DNA from: Candidatus Buchananbacteria bacterium | GTDB lineage: Bacteria; Patescibacteriota; Patescibacteriia; CAIXNZ01 | Direction of reading: 5' to 3' | DNA length: 64,000 nucleotides | Assembly: GCA_014729025.1 (NCBI GenBank) | Contig: WJKP01000014.1 | Location: 543 to 64,542 of the forward strand | Part shown: one piece after another, positions 40,949-50,716 of the stretch | Layout of the letters: each line of letters starts with the position of its first letter | How positions within the stretch are numbered: the stretch's first letter is position 1 | Notes under the pieces: generated by a model | What the model saw: the letters and a program-made list of their open reading frames with translations, nothing else | Databases searched by the model: none | Told to the model about the DNA's origin: nothing | Made by a program: the position numbers and the translations under genes

Positions 40949-41812
40949 TTAAGTAGCGTTCAAAGTCTCTAAAAATAACTGCTTCAATGTTTCATCATCA
41001 ATCTGCTCTAATAAACTTTTATCTATACCTCTTTGTTCTAATTCTTGACGAATTTCATCCGGTGATAACTCTTTTAATTCTTCTTTAATGGGTTCTTTTT
41101 CTTCTGAACTTAATTGCTCTGCTTCTTGAGCTTGTAATTCTCTAGCCTGATCAAGCATTTCTTGTAACTGAGGATCATTAAGCCCTAATTCCTCTAAAGT
41201 AATTTCTCCAGATAATAATTGGGTTTGTAATTCTAATAAATCCGAATCTAAAACTGCTGAATCTGATGAACCTAATTCGTCCATTTGATTTGTATTAGCA
41301 AAATTCTCTTGCTCTTGCTCATAAAATTGTTCATTTTCCATATCTGTTGGTGCTTCATCTGTTATTTGCGGCCCATAACATTCTTCTCCTTCGGGACAAG
41401 CCGGATCAGTACCTTGAACAATTTCTTCCTTATCCAAAAGACCATCACCATCAGTATCTTCTAAATAAGCACTGGTTTTATAAAGATAAATTTCACTATA
41501 ATCACTTAATCCATCCAAATCACTATCTTGTTTTTGCAATTTAGCAGTTTCCTCTTCTGTTGTTGCTTCATTTGTATTTGCAACTTGATATTGTTGCCTT
41601 AATTCGCCTCGTTTTTCTCTTAAATAACTGGAATATAAGGGCTCTTCAATATTTTTTTTAAACTGTAAATAACCTAAAACTGCGGCAGAAATTGTAATTA
41701 ATACCAAAAAAAATACGAAAAATTTCTCCATTGGAGTTTTTTCTATTTTATTCGTGATTTTTTCGCTTTTTTGTTCAAAAAAATTTTTAATTCTTTCTTT
41801 TTCTTCTGGCAT
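40949..41812 (-). CDS. Membrane-anchored protein with thrombospondin type-3-like Ca-binding repeats
   Basis: TM helix, DSDLDGLSDYSE and DTDGDGLLDKEE..GTDP. Confidence 0.75.
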   Translation of the reverse strand: MPEEKERIKNFFEQKSEKITNKIEKTPMEKFFVFFLVLITISAAVLGYLQFKKNIEEPLYSSYLREKRGELRQQYQVANTNEATTEEETAKLQKQDSDLDGLSDYSEIYLYKTSAYLEDTDGDGLLDKEEIVQGTDPACPEGEECYGPQITDEAPTDMENEQFYEQEQENFANTNQMDELGSSDSAVLDSDLLELQTQLLSGEITLEELGLNDPQLQEMLDQARELQAQEAEQLSSEEKEPIKEELKELSPDEIRQELEQRGIDKSLLEQIDDETLKQLFLETLNAT

Positions 41813-41892
41813 TAAATTAATATTATTATAACATATAAACTTAGATAATTATAACTAATTATCTTAAAATAATTATATCATAAAAAAAATAT

Positions 41893-42762
41893 TTAAACCA
41901 TAAATTGTTGATAAAAATAAGCCCAATTTTCTAAACTTAATTCCTGCGGCCTAATATCTTGCCTTAAACCGTTTTTTTTCAGGATTTTTTTTACTTGCAA
42001 ATTATCCAATTTTAAACCGGCTGCTAAATTATTATGCAACTGTTTTCTGGGTGAACTAAAACCGATTTTAACCAATTGCCAAAATTTTTTCTCTTGAAAA
42101 TTGGCAATTGTTTTTTTATCTAAAACTTTTTTAATTTCATCAGATATAGTCTGCTTATGTATTTTTATCTTTAAAATAGCACTATCAACTTTGGGTTGAG
42201 GATAAAAACTTGATTTCGCAACATAATCAATTAATTTTGGCTGGCCATAAAATAAAACAGTCAAAGCTAAAATATTCATTTGGCCTGGTTTGGCTAAAAT
42301 CTTTTGAGCGACTTCTTTTTGCACCAAAACTATAATTTGACTTGGTTTAGGTTCAAATGATAAAAATTTACGTAAAACCGCCTTAGTAATTGAATAAGGT
42401 AAATTAGCTACCAGCTTATAGTCCTGGCTGCCCAATATTTGGCTTAATTCACTGTTTTTTATAGCTAAAATATCAGCTGGTAAAATTTGTAAATTACTGA
42501 TTCCTTTAAATTGGTGTTGCAAAAAATAAACCAAACTTTTATCTAATTCTACACTAAGCACCTTTTGGGCTGTTTTAATTAATTCTTTAGTCAAAATGCC
42601 AAAACCCGGTCCTATTTCCAAAATATATCCATTTTTTTTAAGCTCTGCTGCTTTGATAATTTTTTGTAAAACTGACTGATCAATTAAAAAATTTTGGCCT
42701 TTTAATTTACTGGGCTTAATTCCGTATTGCCGGCATAAATATTTAATTTGAGCTAAGTTCAT
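41893..42762 (-). CDS. rsmA: 16S rRNA adenine dimethyltransferase
   Basis: GQNFLID, LEIGPGFG, VANLPYSIT, PKVDSA. Confidence 0.96.
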   Translation of the reverse strand: MNLAQIKYLCRQYGIKPSKLKGQNFLIDQSVLQKIIKAAELKKNGYILEIGPGFGILTKELIKTAQKVLSVELDKSLVYFLQHQFKGISNLQILPADILAIKNSELSQILGSQDYKLVANLPYSITKAVLRKFLSFEPKPSQIIVLVQKEVAQKILAKPGQMNILALTVLFYGQPKLIDYVAKSSFYPQPKVDSAILKIKIHKQTISDEIKKVLDKKTIANFQEKKFWQLVKIGFSSPRKQLHNNLAAGLKLDNLQVKKILKKNGLRQDIRPQELSLENWAYFYQQFMV

Positions 42763-42779
42763 TTAAATAATTTAAAACT

Positions 42780-43124
42780 TTAATCTTTGCTTTCTGTCTT
42801 ATCCTTTTTTTCTGTTAAAGCTATTTCTCTGATTATTTGAGTAATATCTTTTTCGATTTTATCCAAACGCACCAAAATTCTAAAAACCAAATAAAATAAA
42901 ATCAAAATTGAAATATAAATAACCAAATCAACACCTCTGCCCACACCGACCCAATTGGCCACTAGTGCCGTTGACTCGGGAAAAATCACTATAAAGCCGA
43001 CCATTAACCAAAAAATTAACCACAAAATAAATTCCTGTAACGAAATGATTCGATCTTTATAACGTAAACCAACTCTGGAAATAACAAATAAAATAAATAA
43101 AATTAAAAATATTTGAATTAACAT
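42780..43124 (-). CDS. DUF2304 family membrane protein
   Basis: Three TM helices, GVGRGVDLVIY, C-terminal IT.IIREIAL. Confidence 0.85.
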   Translation of the reverse strand: MLIQIFLILFILFVISRVGLRYKDRIISLQEFILWLIFWLMVGFIVIFPESTALVANWVGVGRGVDLVIYISILILFYLVFRILVRLDKIEKDITQIIREIALTEKKDKTESKD

Positions 43125-43132
43125 AACAATTA

Positions 43133-43939
43133 TTAATTTATTAAACTTAAAGCGCCATAAAGACCGCTTAAATCGCCTTTTTTAGCTTTTTTTAAATCAG
43201 GTATATCGGGAAAAATATTAACAGTCTGCTTTAAATATTTTTTAACTAAACTTAAATTAATACTATCCATCAAAGAACCGCCTAAAATAATTATTTCCGG
43301 TGACCAAAGTACTACCAGATTATTTAAACCATAAGCTAATAAACGGGCTTCATTTTGCCAAATTTTTTGATCCTTTATTTTTTTAGCTGGTCTTTTGTAT
43401 TTTGTTTGCAAATAAGAACCTGAAATATTTTCTTCCAAAGTCTGGCTATTTTTTTTACCATCATAATTTATCAGCTGATGACCTGGTTCAAATCCTAAAC
43501 TGTTTTGCTCAATTTGCCTATTAACTATTTTCGCACCACCGACTCCTGTGCTAATTGTTAAATAAGCAATAATTTTATAACCTTGACCTGCGCCATAATT
43601 AGCCTCGCCCAAACCAGCCAAAGCTGCGTCATTTTCCAAATAAACCGGTACTTTGAATTTCTGCTTTAATTTATTTTTAAAAGGTTTATTAATCCAAGTC
43701 GGCAAATTGGGCGCATTAAGTAGTTTTGATTTGGTTTTATCCAAGGGGCCGGCCAAACCGCCGTAAACCGTTTTGATTTTTTTCCGTTGGCTTAAAACCA
43801 AAGCCTGCTCATAAATTAAATTGCTACCAAATTCAAAATCTTCTGGCGTAGAAAATATTTTCACTTGATCTAATTTTTTACCATTTTTAGTGATTGCTAA
43901 TCTGGTTTTGGTACCGCCAATATCAAAAAGCAAATACAT
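43133..43939 (-). CDS. ROK family sugar kinase
   Basis: FDIGGTK, LENDAALAGLGE, TISTGVGG, EPGH. Confidence 0.92.
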   Translation of the reverse strand: MYLLFDIGGTKTRLAITKNGKKLDQVKIFSTPEDFEFGSNLIYEQALVLSQRKKIKTVYGGLAGPLDKTKSKLLNAPNLPTWINKPFKNKLKQKFKVPVYLENDAALAGLGEANYGAGQGYKIIAYLTISTGVGGAKIVNRQIEQNSLGFEPGHQLINYDGKKNSQTLEENISGSYLQTKYKRPAKKIKDQKIWQNEARLLAYGLNNLVVLWSPEIIILGGSLMDSINLSLVKKYLKQTVNIFPDIPDLKKAKKGDLSGLYGALSLIN

Positions 43940-43943
43940 ATAA

Positions 43944-45575
43944 TTATTTTTTAAGTTTTAAAACATATCCCTCAAATGGTCTTAAATATAATTTATTCAA
44001 ATTAATTTTTTGACCTGATTTTTTGGTTAAATAAGTATTACAAACCAATTCAGCCTGAGAAAATGGTAATGATAATTTTTTTCTTTTACTGGCAAAATTT
44101 AAAATTATTAAAATTTTTTCTTTGGTCGTTTCCCTGACATAAGCAAAAATATCTTTTGTTCGTATATCCAAAGAATAATAAATACCGTCAGTAATCGCTT
44201 CTGATTTTTTTCTAAAATTAATCAAATTATTATATAAATTTAAAATTGATTTATTATCAGCTAATTCTTTTTTTACATTAAATATTAAATAATTCCTGGC
44301 TACTGGTAGCCAAGGTTTAGTTTTGGAAAAGCCGGCATATTTTTTGGTTGACCATTGCATAGGTGTACGATGACTGTCTCTACCCAAATCAAAACCTGAC
44401 ACATTTTTACCCCAAGGATCTTTTTGTTGACTTGGTTTAATCGGTACATCAGACATGCCAATTTCTTCTCCGTAATAAATAAAAGGCATTCCTTTTAAGG
44501 TTAATTGCAGCATTGCTACTAATCTGGCTTTTTTTCGGCTTTCTAACCGGGAAGCCACCCGGGGTCGGTCATGATTACCTAAAACAAAATTAGGCCAATC
44601 GCCTTCGCTTAAATTCTCTTTATAATTATCCAAAAAATTACGATAAGCCCAGGCACTCCAAGGTAATCTTATAAAATTAAAATTAAACGGCGAGTGCTGA
44701 CCTTTTTGACAAAGTTTATAATATTTTTTGATCTCGGAAATCTTTGTTTTATAAAAAACTTCACTGACTAAAAATTTATTTTTATATTCTCCGACAGTAT
44801 CACAAAATTGATTTAAAATATCCAGAGTTTCTGGCCGGCCTCGATCATAAACATTTAAAAATTGACGATAAGGATCGTCATGTCCGGGAATATAACGAGG
44901 ATTAATAGGATTGTCCCTAAATTTCGCATCTTTAATAATGTGATAGACCGCATCTAAACGAAATCCATCAACTTTTTTATCCAGCCAAAATCTTAAAATT
45001 TTATTCATTTCTTTACGTACTTCAGGATTGCGCCAATTTAAATCAGGCTGACAGGGTAAAAAAGAATGCATATAATATTCCCCTGTTTTTTCATCAAACT
45101 GCCAAGCAGAACCGCCAAAACGGCTTAACCAATTATTAGGCGGTGAACCGTCAGGTTTTGGTTTATGCCAAATATACCAGTTTCTTTTGGGATTTTTCTT
45201 TGCAGATCGTGATTCTATAAACCATTTATGCTGATCAGAAGTATGATTTGGCACAAAATCCATTAAAATTTTAATATTACGACTATGAGCTTCTTTAACA
45301 AATTGATTAAAAATTTTCATATTACCAAAGATAGGATCAACTTGGTAATAATCAGAAATATCATAACCAAAATCTTTCATTGGTGATTTATAAATCGGGG
45401 ATAGCCAAATAGCATTAACCCGTAAAACTTTTTCTAAATAATCAAGTCGGGAAATTACGCCTTGTAAATCCCCTATACCATTACCGGTGGTATCCTGAAA
45501 ACTACGAGGGTAAACTTGGTAAATAATATCATTAATTCCCCAGCTTAATTCTTTTTTATCTTTTTGTTTTGGCAT
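43944..45575 (-). CDS. GH13 alpha-glucosidase / oligo-1,6-glucosidase
   Basis: YQVYPRSFQD, DFVPNHTS, GFRLDAV (nucleophile), GNHD, YYGEEIGM; start overlaps the upstream stop (TAATG). Confidence 0.93.
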   Translation of the reverse strand: MPKQKDKKELSWGINDIIYQVYPRSFQDTTGNGIGDLQGVISRLDYLEKVLRVNAIWLSPIYKSPMKDFGYDISDYYQVDPIFGNMKIFNQFVKEAHSRNIKILMDFVPNHTSDQHKWFIESRSAKKNPKRNWYIWHKPKPDGSPPNNWLSRFGGSAWQFDEKTGEYYMHSFLPCQPDLNWRNPEVRKEMNKILRFWLDKKVDGFRLDAVYHIIKDAKFRDNPINPRYIPGHDDPYRQFLNVYDRGRPETLDILNQFCDTVGEYKNKFLVSEVFYKTKISEIKKYYKLCQKGQHSPFNFNFIRLPWSAWAYRNFLDNYKENLSEGDWPNFVLGNHDRPRVASRLESRKKARLVAMLQLTLKGMPFIYYGEEIGMSDVPIKPSQQKDPWGKNVSGFDLGRDSHRTPMQWSTKKYAGFSKTKPWLPVARNYLIFNVKKELADNKSILNLYNNLINFRKKSEAITDGIYYSLDIRTKDIFAYVRETTKEKILIILNFASKRKKLSLPFSQAELVCNTYLTKKSGQKINLNKLYLRPFEGYVLKLKK

Positions 45576-46252
45576 TATTTTCTAAAAAATTTAGCAAAAA
45601 TTAAATCGCGTAAAATTTTAAAACCACTGGAAAATTTTTGTCCGTATTCATGATAAATAATTTCCACTGGCACTTCTTGATAATTTAAATTATGTAATCT
45701 AATTTGGTCTAATATTTCGGTTGCATGAGCCATGCCGTCTTGTTGAATCTCAATTTTTTGAGCCGCCTGCCTGGTCAAAGCCCGAAATCCGCAATGAGCA
45801 TCGGTTAATTTTAAACCAGTTAAAAACCAATTTAAAAGGCTGGCTGGTTTTAAAATAAAATATTTTTTAGTCAATGGTACCTGAGATTTATTATCTAAAA
45901 AACGTGAACCTAAACTAATATCTGCTTCATTATTTAATAACGGCTGAACCGCTTTGCTAATATCATTAATCTGCATTTGACCGTCAGCATCAAAGTGCGC
46001 AATAATCTCAGCACCTTGATTTAAAGCAAACTGGGTGCCGGTTTGCAAAGCTGCACCTTGGCCACGATTAACCAAATGAGTCAAAAAATGAACTGGTAAA
46101 TCATTTAAAATTGTTTGGGTTTCATCAGCTGAACAATCATTAACAACCACAATATTAGAAGTTATAGTTAATAACTCCTCTAAAACCTGCCTAATTTTTT
46201 TTTCTTCATTATAAGCCGGGATAATTACCCAAACTTTTGGATCTAACATCAT
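45575..46252 (-). CDS. GT2 glycosyltransferase (DPM-synthase-like)
   Basis: IIPAYNE, NRGQGAALQTG, FDADGQ, GSRF, TDAHCGFRA. Confidence 0.92.
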   Translation of the reverse strand: MMLDPKVWVIIPAYNEEKKIRQVLEELLTITSNIVVVNDCSADETQTILNDLPVHFLTHLVNRGQGAALQTGTQFALNQGAEIIAHFDADGQMQINDISKAVQPLLNNEADISLGSRFLDNKSQVPLTKKYFILKPASLLNWFLTGLKLTDAHCGFRALTRQAAQKIEIQQDGMAHATEILDQIRLHNLNYQEVPVEIIYHEYGQKFSSGFKILRDLIFAKFFRK

Positions 46253-46318
46253 AGTTAAAAGTTAAAAAATTTATAAAGTTAGCAAATTATAGATTATACT
46301 TTATAAATTTTTCACTTT

Positions 46319-47416
46319 TCAACTTTTTAACTTTAAATAAGCTTCAATAAATCCTTCCAAATTGCCGTCCAAAACCGATTGGATATCTTTTTCTTCATAT
46401 TTAGTGCGATGATCTTTAACCATTTGATATGGCTGCATTACATATGATCTAATCTGATTACCCCAAACCGCTTCAGAATATTCACCACGCAACTGTTTTT
46501 TTTCTTCTTCTTTTTCAGCTTCAGCCAATTGCTGGAGCTTGGCTTTTAAAATTTTTAAAGCTCTCTCTTTATTTTGCAGCTGCGAACGTTCTGACTGGCA
46601 AGAAACAGTAATCTTGGTCGGTAAATGAGTAAGCCTGACCGCCGAATCAGTAGTATTAACCGATTGACCACCATGACCTGATGATCTAAAAGTATCTATT
46701 TTTAAATCTTCCGATTTGATTTGCAAATCAATTTCCTCATCAACTTCGGGAATCACTTCAACCAAAGCAAACGAAGTATGGCGCATAGCTTCGGCATCAA
46801 AAGGCGAAATGCGCACTAAACGATGTACACCATGTTCTGATTTTAAATTACCATAAGCATAATTGCCCTGCACTTCAAAAAATACGCTTTTAATGCCGGC
46901 TTCAGAACCGGAATTAATATTTAAAATTTTAGTGGTAAATCCTTTTTTTTCGCAAAAGCGTAAATACATGCGTAATAAAATTTCAGCCCAATCCTGGGCA
47001 TCAATTCCGCCTGTGCCGCTATGAATAGCCACCAAAGCATTGCGACGATCATATTTGCCGCGAAATAATAAATAAAATTCCAAATCCGTAAATTTTTTAA
47101 CTAATTCTTGATATTTAGTTTCTATCTCCTTACGTAAATTAACAGTTTGATCTTTTTTATCCAATTGAGCCATTTCTAATAAATTATTGACTTCATCTCT
47201 TATTGTCGTCCAAGTTGCAATTTCTTGCTTTAAATCATTGGCTTTTTGACTGATTTTTTTAGCCTCTTCTTGGTCTTGCCAAAAATCCGGCTGATTCATT
47301 AATTTTTCCAGCTTTTTTAATTCTTCAATTTTATTATCAATTTCAAGAAAACCCCAGGATTGTTTAATTTTAGTTTTTAGGTCCTGAAGTTGACTGACTA
47401 GTTCTTGTTCTTTCAT
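46319..47416 (-). CDS. prfB: Peptide chain release factor 2, continuous ORF without programmed frameshift
   Basis: SPF tripeptide (RISPFD), GGQ motif, WGNQIRSYV. Confidence 0.97.
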   Translation of the reverse strand: MKEQELVSQLQDLKTKIKQSWGFLEIDNKIEELKKLEKLMNQPDFWQDQEEAKKISQKANDLKQEIATWTTIRDEVNNLLEMAQLDKKDQTVNLRKEIETKYQELVKKFTDLEFYLLFRGKYDRRNALVAIHSGTGGIDAQDWAEILLRMYLRFCEKKGFTTKILNINSGSEAGIKSVFFEVQGNYAYGNLKSEHGVHRLVRISPFDAEAMRHTSFALVEVIPEVDEEIDLQIKSEDLKIDTFRSSGHGGQSVNTTDSAVRLTHLPTKITVSCQSERSQLQNKERALKILKAKLQQLAEAEKEEEKKQLRGEYSEAVWGNQIRSYVMQPYQMVKDHRTKYEEKDIQSVLDGNLEGFIEAYLKLKS

Positions 47417-47454
47417 ATCTTTTATTTTAGCAAAAAATCAAACTTTTGCAAAAC

Positions 47455-47487
47455 AAAAACAGTATGCTAAATTAGCATACTGTTTTT
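47455..47487 (-). terminator. Intrinsic terminator after htrA
   Basis: AAAAACAGTATGCTAA-A-TTAGCATACTGTTTTT perfect inverted repeat. Confidence 0.8.
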
Positions 47488-47503
47488 TTATTATAAAATT
47501 ACT

Positions 47504-48760
47504 TTATTCTATCTCACGTTCAACTAATTGGACTTTAACGGTTTTCTCTTCGCCATCATGAAAAACTTTTAGCTCTACTTCATCACCTGGGGCATAACGA
47601 GCCAAAACTCTGCCTAAAGAATGATTCTGATCAATTTTTTGCTCATTAACTTGTAAAATGATATCATTTGCTGCCAAGCCGGCCTTATCTGCCGGTGAAC
47701 CTGGCACAACAGCCAAAACATCTGAGTTATTGCCTTGAACAATTAAAGCTCCGTAATCAACCGATAAATCATTGATTTCTGCCATTTTTTTATTAATCAT
47801 TACATATCTTACACCTAAAAAAGGTCTGACAATTTTACCGTATTTTTCAATACTGGTAATTACTTGTTTAGCTTCATTTATAGGAATAGCAAAACCAACC
47901 GATTGGCCGGCTCGAGAAATAGCAGTACTAATACCGATTACTTGGCCTTGAAGATTTAATAAAGGCCCGCCTGAATTGCCAGGATTAATAGCAGCGTCGG
48001 TTTGAATCGCTTCTTCAATAACTTCTGAATAACCTAAATTGCCACCAGCCTCAACTCGACGGCCAATACCACTAATCACACCACGGGTAACTGTATTTCT
48101 AAATTCTGACAAAGTATTGCCAATTGCAATTACTGTCTGGCCGATTTCAATATTATCAGAATCACCCAAAGCTAAAGGCTGCAAATTATCAGCGTCAATT
48201 TTAATAACGGCCAGATCATTAATGGGATCACGGGCCAAAACTTCTGCTTCAAATTTTTCGCCTTCGTTGGTAAGAATAGTATAGTCTGCTTCTTCATCAA
48301 TAACTACGTGTTTATTGGTCAAAATCAAGCCGTCTTCTGAAATAATAAACCCCGTACCACCACCGATTTCTTGTTTTTGCTCTCCATTTTCCGGCAGTTG
48401 CGGCTGAGGTTGTTCAAATCTAAAACCAAACGGACCTAAATTAAAATGATCATCTAAAGGGCCCGTTGAACTATAAATATCTTTTAATTCTTTACTGACG
48501 ATAATACTAACAACCGAAGGACTAGCTGTCTTTACCACCTCAATGGTTGCTGATTCTTCCTCAAGCAAGGAGATTTTCTCTGTCTTAACTTTTTCAATTT
48601 TTAAACCATTATCTCCGACTAATTGATCCAAATTTTGTAAGATCAAAAAACTAGTAGCAGCGCCAGCCAAAGCACCTAAAATTAAACTTAAAACAATCAC
48701 TAAAACCAAAAATCTTTGTTTAAAATTTTTTGCGTTTTTTTTAGGTTCTTGAAAAAACAT
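47504..48760 (-). CDS. htrA: HtrA/DegP-family serine protease with one PDZ domain
   Basis: TM anchor, TNKHV, DLAV, GNSGGPL. Start set at MFFQEP (48760), which follows an AAGGGG RBS. Confidence 0.93.
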   Translation of the reverse strand: MFFQEPKKNAKNFKQRFLVLVIVLSLILGALAGAATSFLILQNLDQLVGDNGLKIEKVKTEKISLLEEESATIEVVKTASPSVVSIIVSKELKDIYSSTGPLDDHFNLGPFGFRFEQPQPQLPENGEQKQEIGGGTGFIISEDGLILTNKHVVIDEEADYTILTNEGEKFEAEVLARDPINDLAVIKIDADNLQPLALGDSDNIEIGQTVIAIGNTLSEFRNTVTRGVISGIGRRVEAGGNLGYSEVIEEAIQTDAAINPGNSGGPLLNLQGQVIGISTAISRAGQSVGFAIPINEAKQVITSIEKYGKIVRPFLGVRYVMINKKMAEINDLSVDYGALIVQGNNSDVLAVVPGSPADKAGLAANDIILQVNEQKIDQNHSLGRVLARYAPGDEVELKVFHDGEEKTVKVQLVEREIE

Positions 48761-48776
48761 AATAGCCCCTTTAAAC

Positions 48777-48807
48777 AAAGACAGGAAAATAAAATTTCCC
48801 TGTCTTT
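48777..48807 (-). terminator. Intrinsic terminator
   Basis: AAAGACAGG...CCTGTCTTT. Confidence 0.65.
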
Positions 48808-48825
48808 AATAATAGTTATAAAAAT

Positions 48826-49149
48826 TTAAACTGTTGGTTCTTGTTTTGTTTCTTCTTCCTCGCTTGTCCCACCTTCAGTTCTTACTTCTTCGGCCATACT
48901 TGAAGTTTCCTCTGTTTCAGCAGGGGTAGCTTCTTCAGCTTGCGCCTCTTCTGTTTCTGCGCTTGTTTCTTCTTCTGTTGATTCAGGAGTAGCAACTGTT
49001 TCTTCACTAACAGATTCTGTACTTTGTTCTTCAGCACATTTATTACAAATTTCCGGATTTTCTTCTGATGGTTTAACACCCATTAATTTACCAATCGTAT
49101 TATACAAAAAACCTTCTAATGGTGCTCCACATTTTTTACATTTTTTCAT
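48826..49149 (-). CDS. Small Zn-ribbon protein with acidic disordered tail
   Basis: CKKC...CNKC followed by an E/T/A-rich tail. Confidence 0.75.
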   Translation of the reverse strand: MKKCKKCGAPLEGFLYNTIGKLMGVKPSEENPEICNKCAEEQSTESVSEETVATPESTEEETSAETEEAQAEEATPAETEETSSMAEEVRTEGGTSEEEETKQEPTV

Positions 49150-49523
49150 ATTAAATTTTCCTTAATAACTAAAATCTAAAAGATTCTAGCTAAATTACTT
49201 AAGTTTAATTAAAAGTTATAAAGGTAGCTAGTAAAATTAGCTATTTTATCTCCCTTTATAGATATACCCTCATTTTGCAATAATTTAATTTTTTTTGCAA
49301 CCCCTAACGGCTAATTTACCACTTTTTGATCATTCCGCACTACTCGGTGACAAGGTATTTTAATTGGTTTTTGTTTTTTTATTTAAAGTATCACCAACTA
49401 CCCTGGCTAGTCTTTTTTGCCTAATTTTAGTATTAAAATAGGATGAATTGTTATTTTTCTCTTAGGTATTTGTTTAAATAAATCAAAAATTTTTAATTCT
49501 AAATCAGTTATTTTTAAATTATA

Positions 49524-49787
49524 TTAAATAGTCCCTAATTGCTGCAAAGTTTCTAAAACTGGCGTATAAATTTTTAAAAAATCCTGAAAAAACGGGATTA
49601 AATATAAAAGCGCTAAAATTATTGGTATTACTACAATTAAAAATCTAAGAAAATTCATAAACTGAAATCTTTTAAAATCTTTTTCTAGCTTTTCGATCTT
49701 ATCAAGTAATAACTCTGTCTTTTGGGTGTTTTGTTTAATTAAAGTTTCTAAATCTTGTTTATCTTGTTTCTTTTTTTGTTTTGGCAT
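49524..49787 (-). CDS. Small coiled-coil + TM protein, translationally coupled to nrdG
   Basis: ATG overlaps the nrdG stop (TAATG at 49785-49789). Confidence 0.65.
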   Translation of the reverse strand: MPKQKKKQDKQDLETLIKQNTQKTELLLDKIEKLEKDFKRFQFMNFLRFLIVVIPIILALLYLIPFFQDFLKIYTPVLETLQQLGTI

Positions 49788-50488
49788 TATAAATTTTCTC
49801 TTATTTGACAATTTTTAACATATTTTAAAGCAAGTTTTTTTAATTTTTGTAATTCTTGGCCACTAAAAGATTGCTCATTGGCCAAATCAGGATTTAAAGT
49901 AATTTTATTATTAAAATTCTGTAAAAAATAAATTTTAGCTCCTTTTATTATTTTAGCAATTTTTTCTATTTCTTCCAAATTATGGAATTTAGGCAAAACA
50001 GTTGTCCGAAATTCATAATTAAGACCTGAATTCATAATAAGTTTAATTGTTTTTTGAATCTTATTAATATCAACTTTAACTCCACAAACTTGTGAATAAT
50101 TTTCTAAAGAAGCTTTAACATCCATAGCAATAAAATTAATTAATTTTTTATCAATTAATTCCTGTAAAAAATCGGGGCTGGTTCCATTGGTATCTAATTT
50201 AATTTTATAATCTAATTTTTTGATTTTTTGTAAAAAATCAATGACTTCAGGAAATAATAATGGTTCTCCCCCACTTACACAAACTGCCTCCAAAATACCT
50301 TGTCTTTTTTTTAAATAATCAAAAAATGCCTGGTTACTCAAATATTTTTTATCAGGTTCAACTTTTATTAATTCAGGATTATGACAATAATGACAAAGAA
50401 AATTGCAGCCAACCAAAAAAACCGACGCCGCTAATTTGCCGGGGTAATCAATTAAAGTTACTTTTTGCCAACCACCTATTTTAATCAT
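49787..50488 (-). CDS. nrdG: Anaerobic RNR activating enzyme (radical SAM)
   Basis: IDYPG, GCNFLCHYCHN (CxxxCxxC), SGGEP, KLDTNG, YEFRTT. Confidence 0.94.
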   Translation of the reverse strand: MIKIGGWQKVTLIDYPGKLAASVFLVGCNFLCHYCHNPELIKVEPDKKYLSNQAFFDYLKKRQGILEAVCVSGGEPLLFPEVIDFLQKIKKLDYKIKLDTNGTSPDFLQELIDKKLINFIAMDVKASLENYSQVCGVKVDINKIQKTIKLIMNSGLNYEFRTTVLPKFHNLEEIEKIAKIIKGAKIYFLQNFNNKITLNPDLANEQSFSGQELQKLKKLALKYVKNCQIRENL

Positions 50489-50605
50489 AATTTTTGTTAA
50501 TAAATAGCCAAAGAAATTAGTTAAATAAACTAATACCTAACTTTCCAAAAACCTAACTAACATCCTGACCCAAAAAACTAAACATCTAATTTTATCTTAA
50601 ATTAA

Positions 50606-50716
50606 AAAACCAGCCTCTGCAAGTCAGTTTTAAATACAGCCAACATCTAAAAGTACTAATAATTTTAATACTCTTACAAATTAACTATATCGACTGCCTG
50701 ACCAGAGACTGGTTTT
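50606..50716 (-). ncRNA. Candidate structured RNA / long terminator hairpin inside the nrd operon
   Basis: Four nested helices (14, 5, 11 and 11 bp) with 7 G-U pairs that form only on the minus strand, followed by a U-run. Confidence 0.55.

Noticed and set aside
49150-49523. Riboswitch, SRP or 6S RNA, or pseudogene in the long spacer
   Set aside because: Only short pairings (TTGGTGA/TCACCGA) and no recognisable consensus; the frame I translated is interrupted by stops.
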